NCBI GenBank assembly: GCA_964016885.1
Contig: OZ024742.1
Span: 43,586,001-43,650,000 of the forward strand
Direction of reading: 5' to 3'
DNA: 64,000 nucleotides
Source of the DNA: Eledone cirrhosa
Lineage: Eukaryota
Positions 61,931 through 64,000 of the stretch are shown here, piece after piece; positions within the stretch are counted from its first letter, which is position 1, and every line of letters begins with the position of its first letter. Both the position numbers and the translations under genes were made by a program. Under the pieces are notes generated by a model that saw only the letters and a program-made list of their open reading frames with translations, searched no databases and was not told where the DNA came from.

Positions 61931-64000
61931 ATGAATCTGCGAGCTACCAAGCACCCACGTGAAGCGCCAACCCAGAGACCCTCCCCTACGAGTGTCGACA
62001 AATGCCCAAAACTCCGAGTTGGTACCATCAATGTAGGCTCAATGAAAGGAAGAGCAGGAGAAATTGTAGAAATGCTAGAGCGAAAGGAAGTTGATGTATG
62101 CTGTGTGCAAGAGACTAGATGGAGAGGAGGGTCTGCTAGAGTCCTTGTAGGAAAAAGCCAGTGCTACAAATTTTTCTGGGTGGGAAATGACGATGGGATG
62201 GGTGGTGTAGGTATACTATTAGCTGACAAGTGGGTAGATAAAGTAATCTCAGTGTACAGGGTAAATGCAAGAATCATTAAACTCAGACTAGTCCTGAATA
62301 AGACAATTACCACAATAATATCAGCTTACGCACCCCAATCAGGGCTGCCAGACGAACTTAAGGATAGGTTTTACGAGTCCCTAATACACACTACTGCTCT
62401 AACAGACGACAAAGACTTCCTAATCATTGCAGGAGATTTTAACGGACACGTAGGTAAACACTGCGACGGCTTCAATAGAGTACATGGAGGCCATGGAGTT
62501 GGCACAAGGAATGAGGAAGGATTCAGACTTCTAGAATTCTGCGACGCCAATGACATGTCGATATGTAACACAAACTTTAAAAAACCCGACAACCACCTGA
62601 TCACCTATAGATCAGGGGAGCACTCTAGTCAGTTAGATTTTATCCTCATCAGAGGACGTGACAGATGGACGGTCGTAAACACAAAAGCCTTCCCTAGTGA
62701 GGAATGTACATCCCAACATAGCTTAGTTGTCAGCGACCTCACGGTCAGAACTAGACGAGCCCTGAAACAGAGGCCAACCTGGAGAAGAAAGATCTGGAAG
62801 CTGAAAGTCCCCTCAACCAGTAACAGATTTAAAGATATTTTACTCAACGCCTACGACAGTAAAGAAGAACAGATAGAGACATTTAACGTAGAAGAGAACT
62901 GGGAGTTCCTAACAAATAACTTACTAGAGGCGACGGATGAGGTTTGTGGCTGGAGTAAGACCTCAAGCAGGAGGAGAGTGACTTGGTGGTGGAACAATAA
63001 GGTAGATGAAGCAGTCAAGGCCAAGAGACAGGCATGGAAAGAATGGAAGAACGGGGGGAGCAGGGTACATTACATAGAGACCAAGAGGGAAGCTAGGCGA
63101 CAAGTATACTTAGCTAGGAGGGAAGCAGAGGATAGAAAATTCAAGCATGTTTTACAACGTGAGGACCAGAAACAGGAGGTATTCAAGATTGCGAGGCAGT
63201 GTGTCAGAGATAGTTGTGATGTCATTGGAGAGAAGTGTATCCGGAATGATAAAGGTGAGCTTGCCCTCACAAGTGCTGAGAAGAAAGATGCATGGAAGAG
63301 TCATTATGATAGATTACTAAATGAGGAGAATGCATGGGAAGAAGAGACCCTACCCCACGTAGACCCTATAGAGGGACCAGCAGTACAAGTCAGCGGCAGC
63401 GTAGTAAGTAAGGCAATCAGAGATATGAAGATAGGGAAGGCAACCGGTCCATCGGGTATAGCTGCCGAGATGCTGAAGGCATCTGGGTCTGTAGGTCACA
63501 CTATAACCACACGTATCGTTAACCAGGTAATACTAGAGGGGGCCATACCAAAAGATTGGTGCAGTAGCATCATTGTCAACTGCTACAAAGGTAAAGGCGA
63601 TGCACTAGATAGAGGAAACTATAGAGGTATAAAGTTGATGGACCAGGTCATGAAAGTAACAGAAAGAGTTATAGCACAGCTGATTAGGGACCGGGTGAAT
63701 ATAGACGAGATGCAATTTGGGTTTGTACCAGGGAAAGGCACCACTGATGCGCTCTTCCTTGTGAGGCAATTACAGGAAAAGTACCTAGCTAAAAGTAAGC
63801 CACTCTACTTGGCATTTGTCGACCTTGAGAAAGCCTTTGACAGAGTTCCACGTGCAGTAATCTGGTGGGCTCTTAGAAAACTAGGAGTAGATGAATGGCT
63901 TGTGAAAGCGGTACAAGCCATGTATAGGGGAGCAGTCAGCAAAGTTAGGATTGGCAATGAGTATAGCGAGGAATTTAGCGTACAGGTTGGGGTCCACCAG
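61931..64000 (+). CDS. RTE family B ORF (APE plus N-terminal RT), running off the window; absent from the ORF track
   Basis: ATG at 61931: [13 protein letters not shown]...[22 protein letters not shown]...CVQET...SAYAPQ...GDFNGH...; final codons QVGVHQ end at 64000 in the same frame (690 codons). Not every codon was checked. Confidence 0.88.
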   Translation, partial: MNLRATKHPREAPTQRPSPTSVDKCPKLRVGTINVGSMKGRAGEIVEMLERKEVDVCCVQETRWRGGSARVLVGKSQCYKFFWVGNDDGMGGVGILLADKWVDKVISVYRVNARIIKLRLVLNKTITTIISAYAPQSGLPDELKDRFYESLIHTTALTDDKDFLIIAGDFNGHVGKHCDGFNRVHGGHGVGTRNEEGFRLLEFCDANDMSICNTNFKKPDNHLITYRSGEHSSQLDFILIRGRDRWTVVNTKAFPSEECTSQHSLVVSDLTVRTRRALKQRPTWRRKIWKLKVPSTSNRFKDILLNAYDSKEEQIETFNVEENWEFLTNNLLEATDEVCGWSKTSSRRRVTWWWNNKVDEAVKAKRQAWKEWKNGGSRVHYIETKREARRQVYLARREAEDRKFKHVLQREDQKQEVFKIARQCVRDSCDVIGEKCIRNDKGELALTSAEKKDAWKSHYDRLLNEENAWEEETLPHVDPIEGPAVQVSGSVVSKAIRDMKIGKATGPSGIAAEMLKASGSVGHTITTRIVNQVILEGAIPKDWCSSIIVNCYKGKGDALDRGNYRGIKLMDQVMKVTERVIAQLIRDRVNIDEMQFGFVPGKGTTDALFLVRQLQEKYLAKSKPLYLAFVDLEKAFDRVPRAVIWWALRKLGVDEWLVKAVQAMYRGAVSKVRIGNEYSEEFSVQVGVHQ

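Overview
AT-rich, repeat-dominated animal genomic DNA. The SINE, LINE and microsatellite content resembles a coleoid cephalopod such as octopus (inference). No intact host gene is visible, only one plausible 89-nt minus-strand exon and a histone H4 retro-pseudogene. Nearly all long ORFs in the track are (TA)/(CA) microsatellite artefacts. Real content: (i) at least five RTE-clade LINE lineages, including one apparently full-length copy (52381-56464, minus) with an intact APE+RT ORF, and a second family whose ORF is open from 61931 off the window end; (ii) Penelope-like elements and non-autonomous foldback derivatives whose inverted pseudo-LTRs carry readable minimal hammerhead ribozymes; (iii) a decayed CRE-clade RLE retrotransposon, CR1-like 3' ends, a Gypsy RT relic, tRNA-derived SINEs, piggyBac- and hAT-type MITEs and Helitron-like elements; (iv) a strand-polarised TA/CA array spanning about 14 kb (47.9-61.9 kb) that holds most of the young RTE insertions. 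The most interesting signals are a C4HC3 PHD-type finger inserted inside the RT domain of several RTE lineages, a set of unrelated hammerhead-bearing inverted-repeat elements, and an H4 copy fused head-to-head with a CR1 fragment and carrying two in-frame 7-codon deletions. Coordinates were read by eye and ends may be off by a few bases.
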